This document shows, piece by piece, positions 1 through 9,143 of a stretch of 64,000 nucleotides of DNA. A program made the position numbers and the translations under genes. Within the stretch, counting starts at the first letter, position 1, and every line of letters starts with the position of its first letter. Source of the stretch: a candidate division FCPU426 bacterium (GTDB lineage Bacteria; Oederibacteriota; Muellerivitia; Muellerivitales; Muellerivitaceae); the NCBI GenBank assembly GCA_963830915.1, contig CAWHOE010000006.1:160001-224000 (forward strand). The letters are read 5' to 3'. A model generated the notes under the pieces. The model was given only the letters and a program-made list of their open reading frames with translations, was not told the DNA's origin and ran no database searches.

Positions 1-919
1 CATAGACAATGGGGTACTTGGTGAATGTCTCCTCATGACCCGCCTCGGGAATATAGACCAACCGCCGATGGGGGGAAGGTGTATGAGCGAACAATTGTTG
101 GACCTCTTCCGGCCGAGCCAGATCGTCCCTTTCTCCCGTGATATAGAGGACCGGCAGGTTCTTGATCTGTTTGACCACCGGCATGAGATCTAGATCATTC
201 TCCGTCAATGCCAAGCCCGTTTTCAGGTCGTATGCCTTCAGGCAGGAACCCAGGAACCCGGGGAGCCAGGCGAACGGAGCCCCAATGGTGCGGCGGGACA
301 CGTAGGACTTTAGATTAGGCAGAGGGCTGTCGGCGACGATGGCTTGGGCGTATTGGGTGGAGACGCCGGCTCTCAAGGCGCTGATGGCTCCCAGGGAGAA
401 ACCGAAATAGATGAGGGGTTGGCGAACCCATCTGCGGTCGGCCAAATATTTGGCGCAAGCCGGGAAATCCCCCGCTTCCAACAACCCTCCCGAGACCGGA
501 CTGTTCCCGCTCAAACCATTTCCCCGTTGGTCGAACACCAAGACCTGGTAACCCTTCCCGACCAGGAAGACCGCCCGGTTCAGGACCTGTTCCCGGTTAT
601 GGAAGACGCCGTGGGTCAAAAGGATGGTCCCCAATGGTTTGGACAGCGGGGAAGGAAGCCACCAGCCAGAGAGTGTGACCCCTTCCGAACAGGGGATGAG
701 CACATCCTCGTAATTCAGGCCGAACTTTTTGGGGGTCTCGGTCAGGGGCTGTCGATGGCCGGACGCCTTCACGATAGTTTCGGCCACGACCGGCGGGAAC
801 AAGATGTAGATGAAAACAGTACCACCCAGGAGAGCCAGCAGGCACAGGATGCCCAGAAGCCATTTCAGCCACTGATATTTTCCCTTGTGTAGTTGGCTAT
901 TCTTGATCTGTTTTGCCAT
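1..919 (-). CDS. Alpha/beta-fold hydrolase with N-terminal membrane anchor (partial, runs off the window start)
   Basis: Not in the ORF track. Read manually from ATG at 919: MAKQIKNS...WLLGILCLLALLGGTVFIYILF...EDVLIPCSEGVTLSGWWLP...HNRE...YFGFSLGA (GxSxG nucleophile elbow)...AIVADSP. Confidence 0.85.
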   Translation of the reverse strand, partial: MAKQIKNSQLHKGKYQWLKWLLGILCLLALLGGTVFIYILFPPVVAETIVKASGHRQPLTETPKKFGLNYEDVLIPCSEGVTLSGWWLPSPLSKPLGTILLTHGVFHNREQVLNRAVFLVGKGYQVLVFDQRGNGLSGNSPVSGGLLEAGDFPACAKYLADRRWVRQPLIYFGFSLGAISALRAGVSTQYAQAIVADSPLPNLKSYVSRRTIGAPFAWLPGFLGSCLKAYDLKTGLALTENDLDLMPVVKQIKNLPVLYITGERDDLARPEEVQQLFAHTPSPHRRLVYIPEAGHEETFTKYPIVY

Positions 920-921
920 GC

Positions 922-1803
922 TTATCGAACGACCTCGATCCCTTGCGGGTTGGTTTGGGTTTTGACCACCCTGTATTCATTGCTTGAAAAAACCCGGGAG
1001 ATCATTTCCCCCTGCCGGTCCGATTCCACCAAGCCAAAAACCGTGGGTCCGCTTCCGGAAACCAGCGCGCCCAGGGCACCGGCCCCCAAAATCTTATCCT
1101 TAATTTCCCGCAAACGGGGCATTAAAAAAAAGGAGGCGGGTTCCAATCCATTGTAAAGGGACGCTGTGATCTCCTGAATATCGCCCTTTGCCAGGATATT
1201 TTGGAACACCCTGGCCTTGTCGCCTGAAGTGAAAGCGGCCTTCCCCGACCGATAAACCCCGGCCGTGGAAAGGCCTTCGACCGGTTTCACCAAGATCAGG
1301 TCCAGCGTTGGCGCCGGTTTCCAGGATTCGATCTTCTCTCCCCTTCCCGTTCCCAAGGCTGTCCCGCCCTTCAGGAAAAACGGCACGTCCGATCCTAACT
1401 GGCCGGCCATCTCCATCAGCCGTTGTTCGGACAATTTTGTCTCGAAGAGCAGGTCCATCCCTTTCAAAGCCGCGGCCGCGTCGCTGGAACCGCCCCCCAG
1501 ACCCGCGGCCAGAGGAATGTCCTTGGCCAGGGTGATCTTGACGCCCCCCTGCCCTTTCAACACTCCTTGGAGGAACAAACGGGCGGCTTTGACCACCAGG
1601 TTGGAATCATCCTCGGCCAGGGGTTCGGGAGAACGGGAGACCGAAAAGAGGACGCCTTGGGGAATTTTTTCCAGGGTCAGTTCATCGAAAAGGGAAACAG
1701 CCTGGAACACCAGGGCCAGTTCATGGAAACCATCCGGTCTTTTGCCCAGGAGCTCAAGGACTGGGTTGATCTTGGCGGGGGTTCGAAGGGTGATCCGGTT
1801 CAA
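922..1803 (-). CDS. ispE: 4-(cytidine 5'-diphospho)-2-C-methyl-D-erythritol kinase
   Basis: PAKIN, GFHEL, IPLAAGLGGGSSDAAA, LGSDVPFF and SGSGPT motifs. TTG start at 1803 overlaps the upstream TPR gene's stop (TTGA); the ORF-track start at 1884 is probably too long. Confidence 0.95.
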   Translation of the reverse strand: MNRITLRTPAKINPVLELLGKRPDGFHELALVFQAVSLFDELTLEKIPQGVLFSVSRSPEPLAEDDSNLVVKAARLFLQGVLKGQGGVKITLAKDIPLAAGLGGGSSDAAAALKGMDLLFETKLSEQRLMEMAGQLGSDVPFFLKGGTALGTGRGEKIESWKPAPTLDLILVKPVEGLSTAGVYRSGKAAFTSGDKARVFQNILAKGDIQEITASLYNGLEPASFFLMPRLREIKDKILGAGALGALVSGSGPTVFGLVESDRQGEMISRVFSSNEYRVVKTQTNPQGIEVVR

Positions 1804-3515
1804 GGTTTCGCGTCGGGAGGGTTCTTGTCGATCTTGTCCTGGTAGACCTGGTTCCCCGGGTCCAGTTTCAAGGCTTTCTGCCATTGGGCCGCGGCTTGGG
1901 CCTTGTCCCCCAGTTTCAGGAAAACCTCTCCCAGATGATCAAAGATACAAGCGTCTTCTTTGACATCCTCCTTCAATTGACCGACCGCTTTTTGCAACAG
2001 ATCCTTGGCTCCCGGATAATCCTTCAATTGATAATGGACCCATCCCAGGCTGTCCAGGTAATAGGAATTGTCCGGATCCAGCTTAAGGGCCTTCTCAACC
2101 AGGGTCTTGGCCTCGTCTAGCTTAATGCCCTTGTCCGCGTAGGAATAACCGATGTAATTGTAGGCCTCGGCGTTGTCCGGATCGATCTCGATGACCTTCT
2201 TCATTTTGTCCATGGATTCGTCGAACTTGCCCCGCTTGTCCAACAGGACACCCAGGTTGAAATAGGCTTGGGTGTTCTTGTTGTCCTTCTGAATGACCTT
2301 TCGGTAATATTCCTCGGCTTTCGCCATATCCCCTTTTTCGTGGAAGAACATTGCCTGGACCAACATTAGATCCGTGTTGTCCGGGTTCGACTTCAACCCG
2401 TCGGTCAAGGCTTTCTGGGCGCCGACGTCGTCCTTCTGCTTGTCGCAGAGCATGGCCAGCCTTACCCAGGCGTCAGTGGATTTATCGTCGTTATCCAGGA
2501 TGGCCCGGAGCTGTTCCTGGGCCTGGGGGTATTGCTGGCTCGCCTCATAAGCCGCCGCCAGCCGGTAGCGTACCAGGGCGTTATGGGGCTGGTTGCTCAA
2601 AAGTTTTAGGAAAGCCTGGATGGCTTCGGGATACTCTTTCTTCCGGAAATGACAGATGCCGATGTAGTCCCAGGCCGACAGGTCGTCGGGTTTGCGCTGG
2701 ACATAACTCAGGAAATTCTCCATCGCTTGATCATCCTGCTTTTGGTTGTAGTAGAGCTCCCCCAGAGCCAGATAAGTAGGCGCGTTGTCCGGATTGACCT
2801 TCAACAGGGCCTGGTAAGTCTCGATAGCTTTGTCCGGTTTCTGATCCAGTTCATAGACCAATCCCAGGGAGGTATAGGCCGATTCCAAAGTTGGATCGAT
2901 CTGGATGGCTTTTTGAAAAGCCTCTTCCGCCTTGTTTTCCTGATTGGAACGGGTGTAGATGAGTCCCATGTTGTAATAAACCCCCGCTGTCTTGGGATGG
3001 TCGGTGAGGATCTGCTGATAGGTGTCCAAGGCCGCCTCGGTCTTGTTCTGGTTGGCCAGGACCCCGGCCAGGTAGTAGCGGGCCTCGATGTTCTTGGGGT
3101 CTTTTTTCAGGATATCCTGGTAGGCTCTTTGGGCCTTACCATACTCCGACTGGGAAGCGTAAAGGTTTGCCAGAAGTAGACGGGTCGGGATGTTGTCCGG
3201 GTTCAGGTCGATGGATTTCTGGAGCTCTTCCACACTTTTATAATCCAGACCCTCTACATAATAGTGATAGGCCAATCGGTCGTGGATGGTGGGTGATTTG
3301 GGATCATAGCGCGCCGCCTCGTTGAACTCGCTCAAGGCCCGGTTCGCGTCCTCCGCGCCACCCAGACGCTGGGCGTAAAGCCCGCAGGCGTAATGCCAGT
3401 AAGCCCGGGGATCGAATTGCAAAGACTCTTTGTCCATCTCCGCCCGGCCAGGCAGGGCCCCACCCAACCAAAATAGGAAAAGCAACAAACCAAGAATGGA
3501 TAATGATTTTTTCAT
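1800..3515 (-). CDS. Exported tetratricopeptide-repeat protein
   Basis: Signal peptide and many TPRs; C-terminal AYNYIGYSYAD...YLDSLGWVHY...IFDHLGEV pattern typical of the TPR protein found upstream of ispE. Confidence 0.9.
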   Translation of the reverse strand: MKKSLSILGLLLFLFWLGGALPGRAEMDKESLQFDPRAYWHYACGLYAQRLGGAEDANRALSEFNEAARYDPKSPTIHDRLAYHYYVEGLDYKSVEELQKSIDLNPDNIPTRLLLANLYASQSEYGKAQRAYQDILKKDPKNIEARYYLAGVLANQNKTEAALDTYQQILTDHPKTAGVYYNMGLIYTRSNQENKAEEAFQKAIQIDPTLESAYTSLGLVYELDQKPDKAIETYQALLKVNPDNAPTYLALGELYYNQKQDDQAMENFLSYVQRKPDDLSAWDYIGICHFRKKEYPEAIQAFLKLLSNQPHNALVRYRLAAAYEASQQYPQAQEQLRAILDNDDKSTDAWVRLAMLCDKQKDDVGAQKALTDGLKSNPDNTDLMLVQAMFFHEKGDMAKAEEYYRKVIQKDNKNTQAYFNLGVLLDKRGKFDESMDKMKKVIEIDPDNAEAYNYIGYSYADKGIKLDEAKTLVEKALKLDPDNSYYLDSLGWVHYQLKDYPGAKDLLQKAVGQLKEDVKEDACIFDHLGEVFLKLGDKAQAAAQWQKALKLDPGNQVYQDKIDKNPPDAKP

Positions 3516-3530
3516 TTTAGGGATCCCGAT

Positions 3531-3983
3531 TCAGAGTGATTTGGCGTTCTCGTTGGCCTTGCGCAGGCGTTCGTTGGCTATTTTCAGGAAGACCATCAGC
3601 ACTTTCAAGGATATCTCGGGATATTTCTCCAGCATGGTATTGAAGGCTTTTTTCGTCATTACCAAAAGAATGGAATCCTCCGCCACCCTGGCCGTCGCCG
3701 ATCTTGGCTGGTTTTCGATCAAGGACATCTCACCCAGGAACGTGCCGGCGCCCAGGGTCGCCAGGACCACTTCCTGATTGTTGCCCACCTTCTTGATGAT
3801 CTGGACCGAGCCCTTTTTAACGATGTAAAGGATCTCGCCCATCATCCCCTCGACGAAAAGAGTGGAATTCTTGGTGTAGTTTTTCTCGAAGCAAAGGGTG
3901 ACCACCGATGTCAATTCAGTCGGGGTCAAACCCTTGAAAAGGGCGATATCCTTCAAAGATTCAATGTCGATGGGTCCTGCCAT
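3531..3983 (-). CDS. Stand-alone cyclic-nucleotide-binding (CRP-type) domain protein
   Basis: LYIVKKGSV, FLGEMSLI...PRSATA motifs; no HTH. Confidence 0.9.
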   Translation of the reverse strand: MAGPIDIESLKDIALFKGLTPTELTSVVTLCFEKNYTKNSTLFVEGMMGEILYIVKKGSVQIIKKVGNNQEVVLATLGAGTFLGEMSLIENQPRSATARVAEDSILLVMTKKAFNTMLEKYPEISLKVLMVFLKIANERLRKANENAKSL

Positions 3984-4044
3984 GTGTCCTCGCTGTTTTT
4001 TTGTCGCCGCATTATATCACCACATCCCGCGGGCCGGGGACGGC

Positions 4045-5352
4045 TCAATTTACAGCTAGGATGTCCTTCGCCGAATCGATACCCTGAGCGATGGCCGATT
4101 CCATGCTCCCGTATTCCCATCGCCCATATCGCCCCGTTGAATGAACACCCTGGCCTTTCAGGAATTCCAATAAATGGCGAACCGACCCTTCCCTGCCCTG
4201 GTCATAGACCACATAGGCCCTCGGAAGGTTCAGGTCCACCCGTGCTACCACGTCCTTTTTCGAACCGATCCATCCCAAACGGACCAATTTTTGAACGGCA
4301 TGTCCATACCATTTTTCGGGATCGGGCTTGGGACCCTGATAGGAAAACTCGACGTAGAGGGAGTAACAACCTTTGGGAGCGACCGTAGGAACACAGGCGC
4401 TGACCGAACCGGCCCGATGGAACAGGAATTCCTCCTCGGGAAAATAGACCCAGGTAAAGGGGATAGGCTGACGGCCCCGGATCCCCAGGTTGATGTTGTA
4501 GATGGATGTCGCCTTGAGGCGCTTGGCCTCGGCGTAAAGGGGCTTGGGAAGGTCCAGCGCCAAATCACAAAGCCGGTCAAGGGGCAGGCTGGAGACAAGA
4601 ACGCGATAGTCCACTTCCAATCCCGAACTCAGCCAGGCTTTCTTTTTCTTCAAGCTCAAGGCCCTTAAGCCCACCCCATTCCAAAGGTTAGGGAGTCCCT
4701 TTCCAATGGCCTCCGGCAATACCGAGATGCCGCCCTGATCAGGGTAAAGAAAGGACGAGTTATAACCGGAGGCAGAAGGTCGACGGGAGAATGCGCCTTC
4801 CAGCACTTCCAGGATCCTCGGCGTGGGAACGAACCGGCCCATCCAACGGGTGGTCAGGACCTCGGGGGCCGTTTTCCACAGTTTACGGTTATAGGGGAAC
4901 ATGAAGTTCTGGGAGATCCCCTCTCCCAAGGTCGTCTGGCACCAAGTCTTGAAGTTGGATGGTTCCCGGGAACCTAAGGTCCTGCGGCGGAGCATGGCCT
5001 CCAGGTATCCCAAGACGTTTTCACGGACGATGTCTGAGGGCAGTCCCGCGTTGTTCTCCTGATAGGGATATTCGCTGTAGGTCCGGTGGCTGTAGATGAC
5101 CGCGTGACGTTGACGGGCTTTGAAGATATTGCCCGCGAGGCGCAGGACCCAATCCTTGATCTCGGGCCGATGGAAATGGAGGAAGTGGCCTGTGTAGTCG
5201 AAGGCGAAACCGTCCTTCAGGACAGTCCGGCATAAACCCCCGATATTCCTTTCCCTCTCGACCAACAGATAGAGACTTTCACTCTCGGCTAATGTCCTGG
5301 CACAGGACAGGCCCGTCAATCCACCCCCTACGATCAGGGTCGGGACTTTCAT
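4045..5352 (-). CDS. FAD-dependent oxidoreductase (protoporphyrinogen oxidase / UDP-galactopyranose mutase-like)
   Basis: N-terminal IVGGGLTGL, GGLCRT, FDYTGHFLH; C-terminal GRYGRWEY. Confidence 0.8.
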   Translation of the reverse strand: MKVPTLIVGGGLTGLSCARTLAESESLYLLVERERNIGGLCRTVLKDGFAFDYTGHFLHFHRPEIKDWVLRLAGNIFKARQRHAVIYSHRTYSEYPYQENNAGLPSDIVRENVLGYLEAMLRRRTLGSREPSNFKTWCQTTLGEGISQNFMFPYNRKLWKTAPEVLTTRWMGRFVPTPRILEVLEGAFSRRPSASGYNSSFLYPDQGGISVLPEAIGKGLPNLWNGVGLRALSLKKKKAWLSSGLEVDYRVLVSSLPLDRLCDLALDLPKPLYAEAKRLKATSIYNINLGIRGRQPIPFTWVYFPEEEFLFHRAGSVSACVPTVAPKGCYSLYVEFSYQGPKPDPEKWYGHAVQKLVRLGWIGSKKDVVARVDLNLPRAYVVYDQGREGSVRHLLEFLKGQGVHSTGRYGRWEYGSMESAIAQGIDSAKDILAVN

Positions 5353-6446
5353 CGCTTAATCTTCCGGCGGTGCCTCTTCAGGCCGCGGTCTTCCTGGAGA
5401 ATGACCTTGAAGGGACTCTCCCTGATCTTTTTCCTTCCCTCATCCACCTGTACGCTGGAAATGAAAACCGTGAACAACAAGGCCGAGCAAAAGAGCACCA
5501 AGATGAAAACCAACGCCCTTTTTTCGGAAAGACGCACCAAAAACCCCGCGCTCAAGGCCAGCAGGATGGAAAGAGCCCAGAGGCTGTGGACCGTCCGCTT
5601 CACGCTCAAACCAAGACTGCGAAGGCGAAGAGCCAGATGATCGTTGGAACCTCGGAACATGGACCTGCGTTTCATGGTCCGCAGCATCATGACCAGGGCC
5701 ATGTCGTACAAGGGAACCCCCAAGATGAAAAGGGGCGCGCAGAGGGCCACAACGTTCATTTGGGTATAGCCGTGTCCCATGGCGATACCCGCCAGGATGA
5801 AACCCAGGAAAAGGGCTCCCGAATCCCCCATATAGATGCGGGCGGGTTGGTAATTGTAGGGTAGGAACCCCAGGACCGCGCCGCCCAAGGCCGCGGCCGT
5901 CAGATGGACGTAGCTTTGTTCCCCCAGAAAAGGAACCAACACAAAACCCAGGCAGGCGATGACCGTGACCCCTCCGGATAGACCATCCATGATATCGATG
6001 AGGTTCACCGCGTTGGTGACCGCCACGACCCAAAGGATGGTCAAAACAAACCCCAAGACAGGATGGCCGGGAAGGAACTCCAATTGGACGCCGAAGAGGA
6101 CTAGGAGGCCCGCCGCCAGTATCTGGAAGAGGAATTTGACCGCCGGCGAGAGCGAGAACAAATCATCGGCCAGGCCCATCAGGGCCATCACCGTTCCTCC
6201 GGTCAACAAGGCCAGGACCCTGGCGGACTCGAGGGGAGGGGCCAGGATCAGCGCTCCCAGCGTTCCCATCAGGAATGAGAAATAGATGGCCAGCCCTCCC
6301 AAATAAGGAACGGGGGCTGTGTGTTTTTTCAGCTGGCCAGCGGGGTTGTCTAAAAACTGTGATTTCAGGGCGATCTTGCGGAAAAGGGGGGTCAATCCAA
6401 AGCACAATAAGAATGTGGTTATAAAGACGATCCAGTGGGTGTTCAG
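5349..6446 (-). CDS. MraY/WecA-family undecaprenyl-phosphate N-acetylhexosamine-1-phosphate transferase
   Basis: KKHTAPVPYLGG, GLADD, NAVNLIDIMDGL, YMGDSGA motifs; multi-TM. Start placed at CTG 6446 behind a GGAGG SD (ORF track uses GTG 6491). Confidence 0.9.
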   Translation of the reverse strand: MNTHWIVFITTFLLCFGLTPLFRKIALKSQFLDNPAGQLKKHTAPVPYLGGLAIYFSFLMGTLGALILAPPLESARVLALLTGGTVMALMGLADDLFSLSPAVKFLFQILAAGLLVLFGVQLEFLPGHPVLGFVLTILWVVAVTNAVNLIDIMDGLSGGVTVIACLGFVLVPFLGEQSYVHLTAAALGGAVLGFLPYNYQPARIYMGDSGALFLGFILAGIAMGHGYTQMNVVALCAPLFILGVPLYDMALVMMLRTMKRRSMFRGSNDHLALRLRSLGLSVKRTVHSLWALSILLALSAGFLVRLSEKRALVFILVLFCSALLFTVFISSVQVDEGRKKIRESPFKVILQEDRGLKRHRRKIKR

Positions 6447-6643
6447 GGGTGTCCTCCAAAAACAGCTATCGCCGCCAAGGAATAATAGCACAAGGAAACT
6501 TGGAAAAACTCAACAGTCCTGACCCAGACGATTCGGTGCCTAATAGGAGGCTGTCCTCTAGATCGATAGGTAAAACTACGTTCATAACACCTGGTACCCT
6601 CAGACGGACTTTTGTTTTTTGGGAATAATTCAACAAAAAGGAC

Positions 6644-6678
6644 AAAAAAAAGCCTCGGTTTGGGTCGAACCGAGGCTT
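6644..6678 (-). terminator. Intrinsic terminator of the putative sRNA
   Basis: Minus strand AAGCCTCGGTT-CGACCCA-AACCGAGGCTT followed by a T run. Confidence 0.85.
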
Positions 6679-6735
6679 CTAGGAGGTGAGTGTTTTATGA
6701 TTTGTTTGAAAGCCAGCCGTCTCCGACCAGCTGAC
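6644..6735 (-). ncRNA. Putative sigma54-dependent small RNA (~90 nt) with an anti-Shine-Dalgarno seed
   Basis: Sigma54 promoter immediately upstream; 5' hairpin GTCAGCTG/CGGCTGGC; A/C-rich single-stranded middle ending in CACCTCCT; intrinsic terminator with U8 tail. Confidence 0.7.
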
Positions 6736-6744
6736 TATTTAATA

Positions 6745-6760
6745 AGCAAGCCCCGTGCCA
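6745..6760 (-). promoter_or_regulatory. Sigma54 (-24/-12) promoter
   Basis: Minus strand TGGCACGGGGCTTGCT = TGGCAC-N5-TTGC consensus. Confidence 0.85.
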
Positions 6761-6831
6761 AATCCAACCATTTGTTTTAATGTGAAAAAGCCTTTAAAAC
6801 TGCTGATCATAAAAATCAATCACTTTGATAA

Positions 6832-6879
6832 GTGTAAATATTGATTACATATTTATCAATGTGTATTAATTTTTTACAC
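6832..6879. promoter_or_regulatory. Tandem upstream activator sequences GTGTA-N9-TACAY
   Basis: GTGTAaatattgatTACAT (6832-6850) and GTGTAttaatttttTACAC (6861-6879), about 100-145 bp upstream of the predicted start; IHF-like AATCAAtcacTT at ~6814-6825 lies between them and the promoter. Confidence 0.65.
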
Positions 6880-6891
6880 ATTACAGCGCCT

Positions 6892-8763
6892 TTAATCCAC
6901 ATTAATCCCATATTTCCTTATTTTTTGATAGAGGGTTGGACGGCTGATCCCCAGACGAGTGGCTGCTTTCTTCTTATTGAACCTCGCTTCGAGCAAAACT
7001 CGGTTGATCATCTCCCTTTCCATCGATTCCAACACTCCCGATCCAGGCAGGATTTCCTGGGTGAATGCCTCGGCCGACCCGGTCATTTCAGCCGGCAGGT
7101 GTTCCGGCTCGATCAGGACGCCGTCGTTCAATGTGACGATACGTTCGATCACATTCTCCAGTTCCCGGACATTGCCCGGCCAGGCATAAGCGGACATGAT
7201 CTCCAAAGCCTTGCCCGATATACCCTCGAAATTGGTCGTCTTCTTGGCCTTCATTCGGGTTAGGAAATAACGGACCAGGAGCGGCAAGTCTCCCTTTCTT
7301 TCCCTCAAAGGCGGCATTTCGATGACGATGACGTTCAGACGGTAAAAAAGATCCTCCCGGAACTTCCCTTCCTGGATGGCTTTCTTCAGGTCTCGGTTGG
7401 TGGCGGCAATGACCCTGATATCCACCTTCACCGACTCCGTTCCTCCCACCCTTTCGAATTCCCTTTCCTGAAGAACACGCAAGAGCTTGACCTGGGTCGA
7501 AAGGGAAATATCCCCGATCTCATCCAAGAACATGGTCCCTTGGTCGGCGGCCTCGAATTTACCGATCTTCTGCCCGACCGCGCCGGTAAAGGATCCCTTT
7601 TCATGCCCGAACAACTCGCTTTCAAGCAAGGACTCGCTCAAGGCCGAGCAGGCCACCGGCACAAAGGACTTATCGTGACGGCTGGATTGTTGATGGACCG
7701 CCCGGGCCACCAATTCCTTGCCTGTTCCGTTCTCACCCAACACCAATACCGTCGCATCGCTGGTCGCGGCCCTTTTGATCAGTTCCTGTATCCTCAGCAT
7801 GGGCTGGCTGTTCCCGATGAGACTGCTTTCCTCTTGGGGCCGGCCTTTTTCCGCGGCGGCCACCGAGACCATGGACTTGGAAATGGAAAATAAGATGGAA
7901 GCGGCGTTCTTGGAGGACTTCACGAATTCCTCGTAGTCCTGTTTCATCCGACCCGTCAACCCTTCCTGATAATAGACCTGCCCCAGGTTGTAGATCGCGT
8001 TCACATGGTCCGGGTCTTTCTTGAGGACGCTTTTGAACTCGTCAATGGCCTGTTCCATGTTTCCTTTTTTGAAATAGCAGACACCCAGGTCGTTCTGCAG
8101 GGTCAGCCTTTCCTCGCCCTCCGGCAGGACCTTGAGTGCCTTCCGGTAGACCTTGATGGCCTCGTCGAACTGCTCCAGGGCCATCAAGCAATCCCCCAAG
8201 CTTCCCAAGGCCAGGATATTCTTGGGCCTCATCGCGGTCACCATGCGGTATTGCTCCAGGGCTTTTTCTAGTTCGCCCCTTTCCTTGAAAAGGTTCCCCA
8301 AATTCAACCGACATTGGAAGGTCAGGCTCTCGGCTGTATGAAAGAGACCCAGATAATAGCTCCCAGGGGTCAGGGGGTGGACTTGATGGAGCGTTTCCAA
8401 GAACGAGAACATCGCGTCGTTCACGTGGCCCCGCTGCATGTGGATGAGTCCCATATTGAAATGCACATCCAGCAGATTCTTGTGGATCTGCAGGGCCTTT
8501 TCATAATATTCCAGGGCCAGATTGAAATCTTGAAGATGGAAAGCGGCATGCCCTACATCCCGAAGGGCGAAAGCGCTGAAAGGTTGCTTCTTGGACATAG
8601 ACTTGAACAATTGTAGAGCGCGGTCATATTCCCCCTGCTCGAAGGCTTCCATGCCCTCCTCGGTCGAGCGTTCGATCCCCTCGTGGGTGGCGCCGCAAAC
8701 GGGGCAAAAACGGTGTTCTGGTTCCAGTGGTTGTCCGCATTCCCGGCAAATGGCGGTGCTCAT
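6892..8763 (-). CDS. Sigma54-dependent enhancer-binding protein with N-terminal zinc ribbon and TPR domain
   Basis: CxxC..CxxC (CRECG...FCPVCG), TPRs, Walker A GENGTGKE, ESELFGHEKGSFTGA, FLDEIG, FREDLFYRLNV, WPGNVREL, C-terminal Fis-type HTH. Confidence 0.95.
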   Translation of the reverse strand: MSTAICRECGQPLEPEHRFCPVCGATHEGIERSTEEGMEAFEQGEYDRALQLFKSMSKKQPFSAFALRDVGHAAFHLQDFNLALEYYEKALQIHKNLLDVHFNMGLIHMQRGHVNDAMFSFLETLHQVHPLTPGSYYLGLFHTAESLTFQCRLNLGNLFKERGELEKALEQYRMVTAMRPKNILALGSLGDCLMALEQFDEAIKVYRKALKVLPEGEERLTLQNDLGVCYFKKGNMEQAIDEFKSVLKKDPDHVNAIYNLGQVYYQEGLTGRMKQDYEEFVKSSKNAASILFSISKSMVSVAAAEKGRPQEESSLIGNSQPMLRIQELIKRAATSDATVLVLGENGTGKELVARAVHQQSSRHDKSFVPVACSALSESLLESELFGHEKGSFTGAVGQKIGKFEAADQGTMFLDEIGDISLSTQVKLLRVLQEREFERVGGTESVKVDIRVIAATNRDLKKAIQEGKFREDLFYRLNVIVIEMPPLRERKGDLPLLVRYFLTRMKAKKTTNFEGISGKALEIMSAYAWPGNVRELENVIERIVTLNDGVLIEPEHLPAEMTGSAEAFTQEILPGSGVLESMEREMINRVLLEARFNKKKAATRLGISRPTLYQKIRKYGINVD

Positions 8764-9143
8764 GACTTGCCGCCCTTAGATTTGGAAGAGGACGGAGGTA
8801 GGACCCCTGGCTTTTTGGGGGAAAGTTTACGGATCTGGAGGGTCGCCAATTTGCTGGCCTGGGGAAGGTCGGCGTATCTCTTTTCGAGTTTCTGATACCA
8901 TTTGAGGGCTTCCTTCTGGTTTCCTGCCTTTTCTAGTTTGTAACCCTTGCGGAACTCCTTCTCGAACTCGATGAAACGTTCCTGGTCCACGCGCGACAAA
9001 CGAGTTGTCCAAAGATGGGCGAATTCGGTCAAGGCGGCCATGGACATCAAATAGATGAAGTAAGGGGGAAAAATAAAGGTCGAAAGAAGGGCCACAATCG
9101 TCAGCCCACCCCAATCCTCTTTTTTAAGCATGGTTTTCTGCAA
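8760..9143 (-). CDS. Small membrane protein with a single TPR-like helix pair
   Basis: N-terminal hydrophobic segments; ALKWYQKLEKRY helix; 4-bp overlap with the activator gene; GGGGAG SD before TTG. Confidence 0.7.
   Translation of the reverse strand: MQKTMLKKEDWGGLTIVALLSTFIFPPYFIYLMSMAALTEFAHLWTTRLSRVDQERFIEFEKEFRKGYKLEKAGNQKEALKWYQKLEKRYADLPQASKLATLQIRKLSPKKPGVLPPSSSKSKGGKS

Noticed and set aside
344..892. Plus-strand 182-aa ORF and the many other plus-strand ORFs overlapping housekeeping genes
   Set aside because: Antisense shadows of clearly recognisable minus-strand genes in GC-rich coding DNA; no protein motifs
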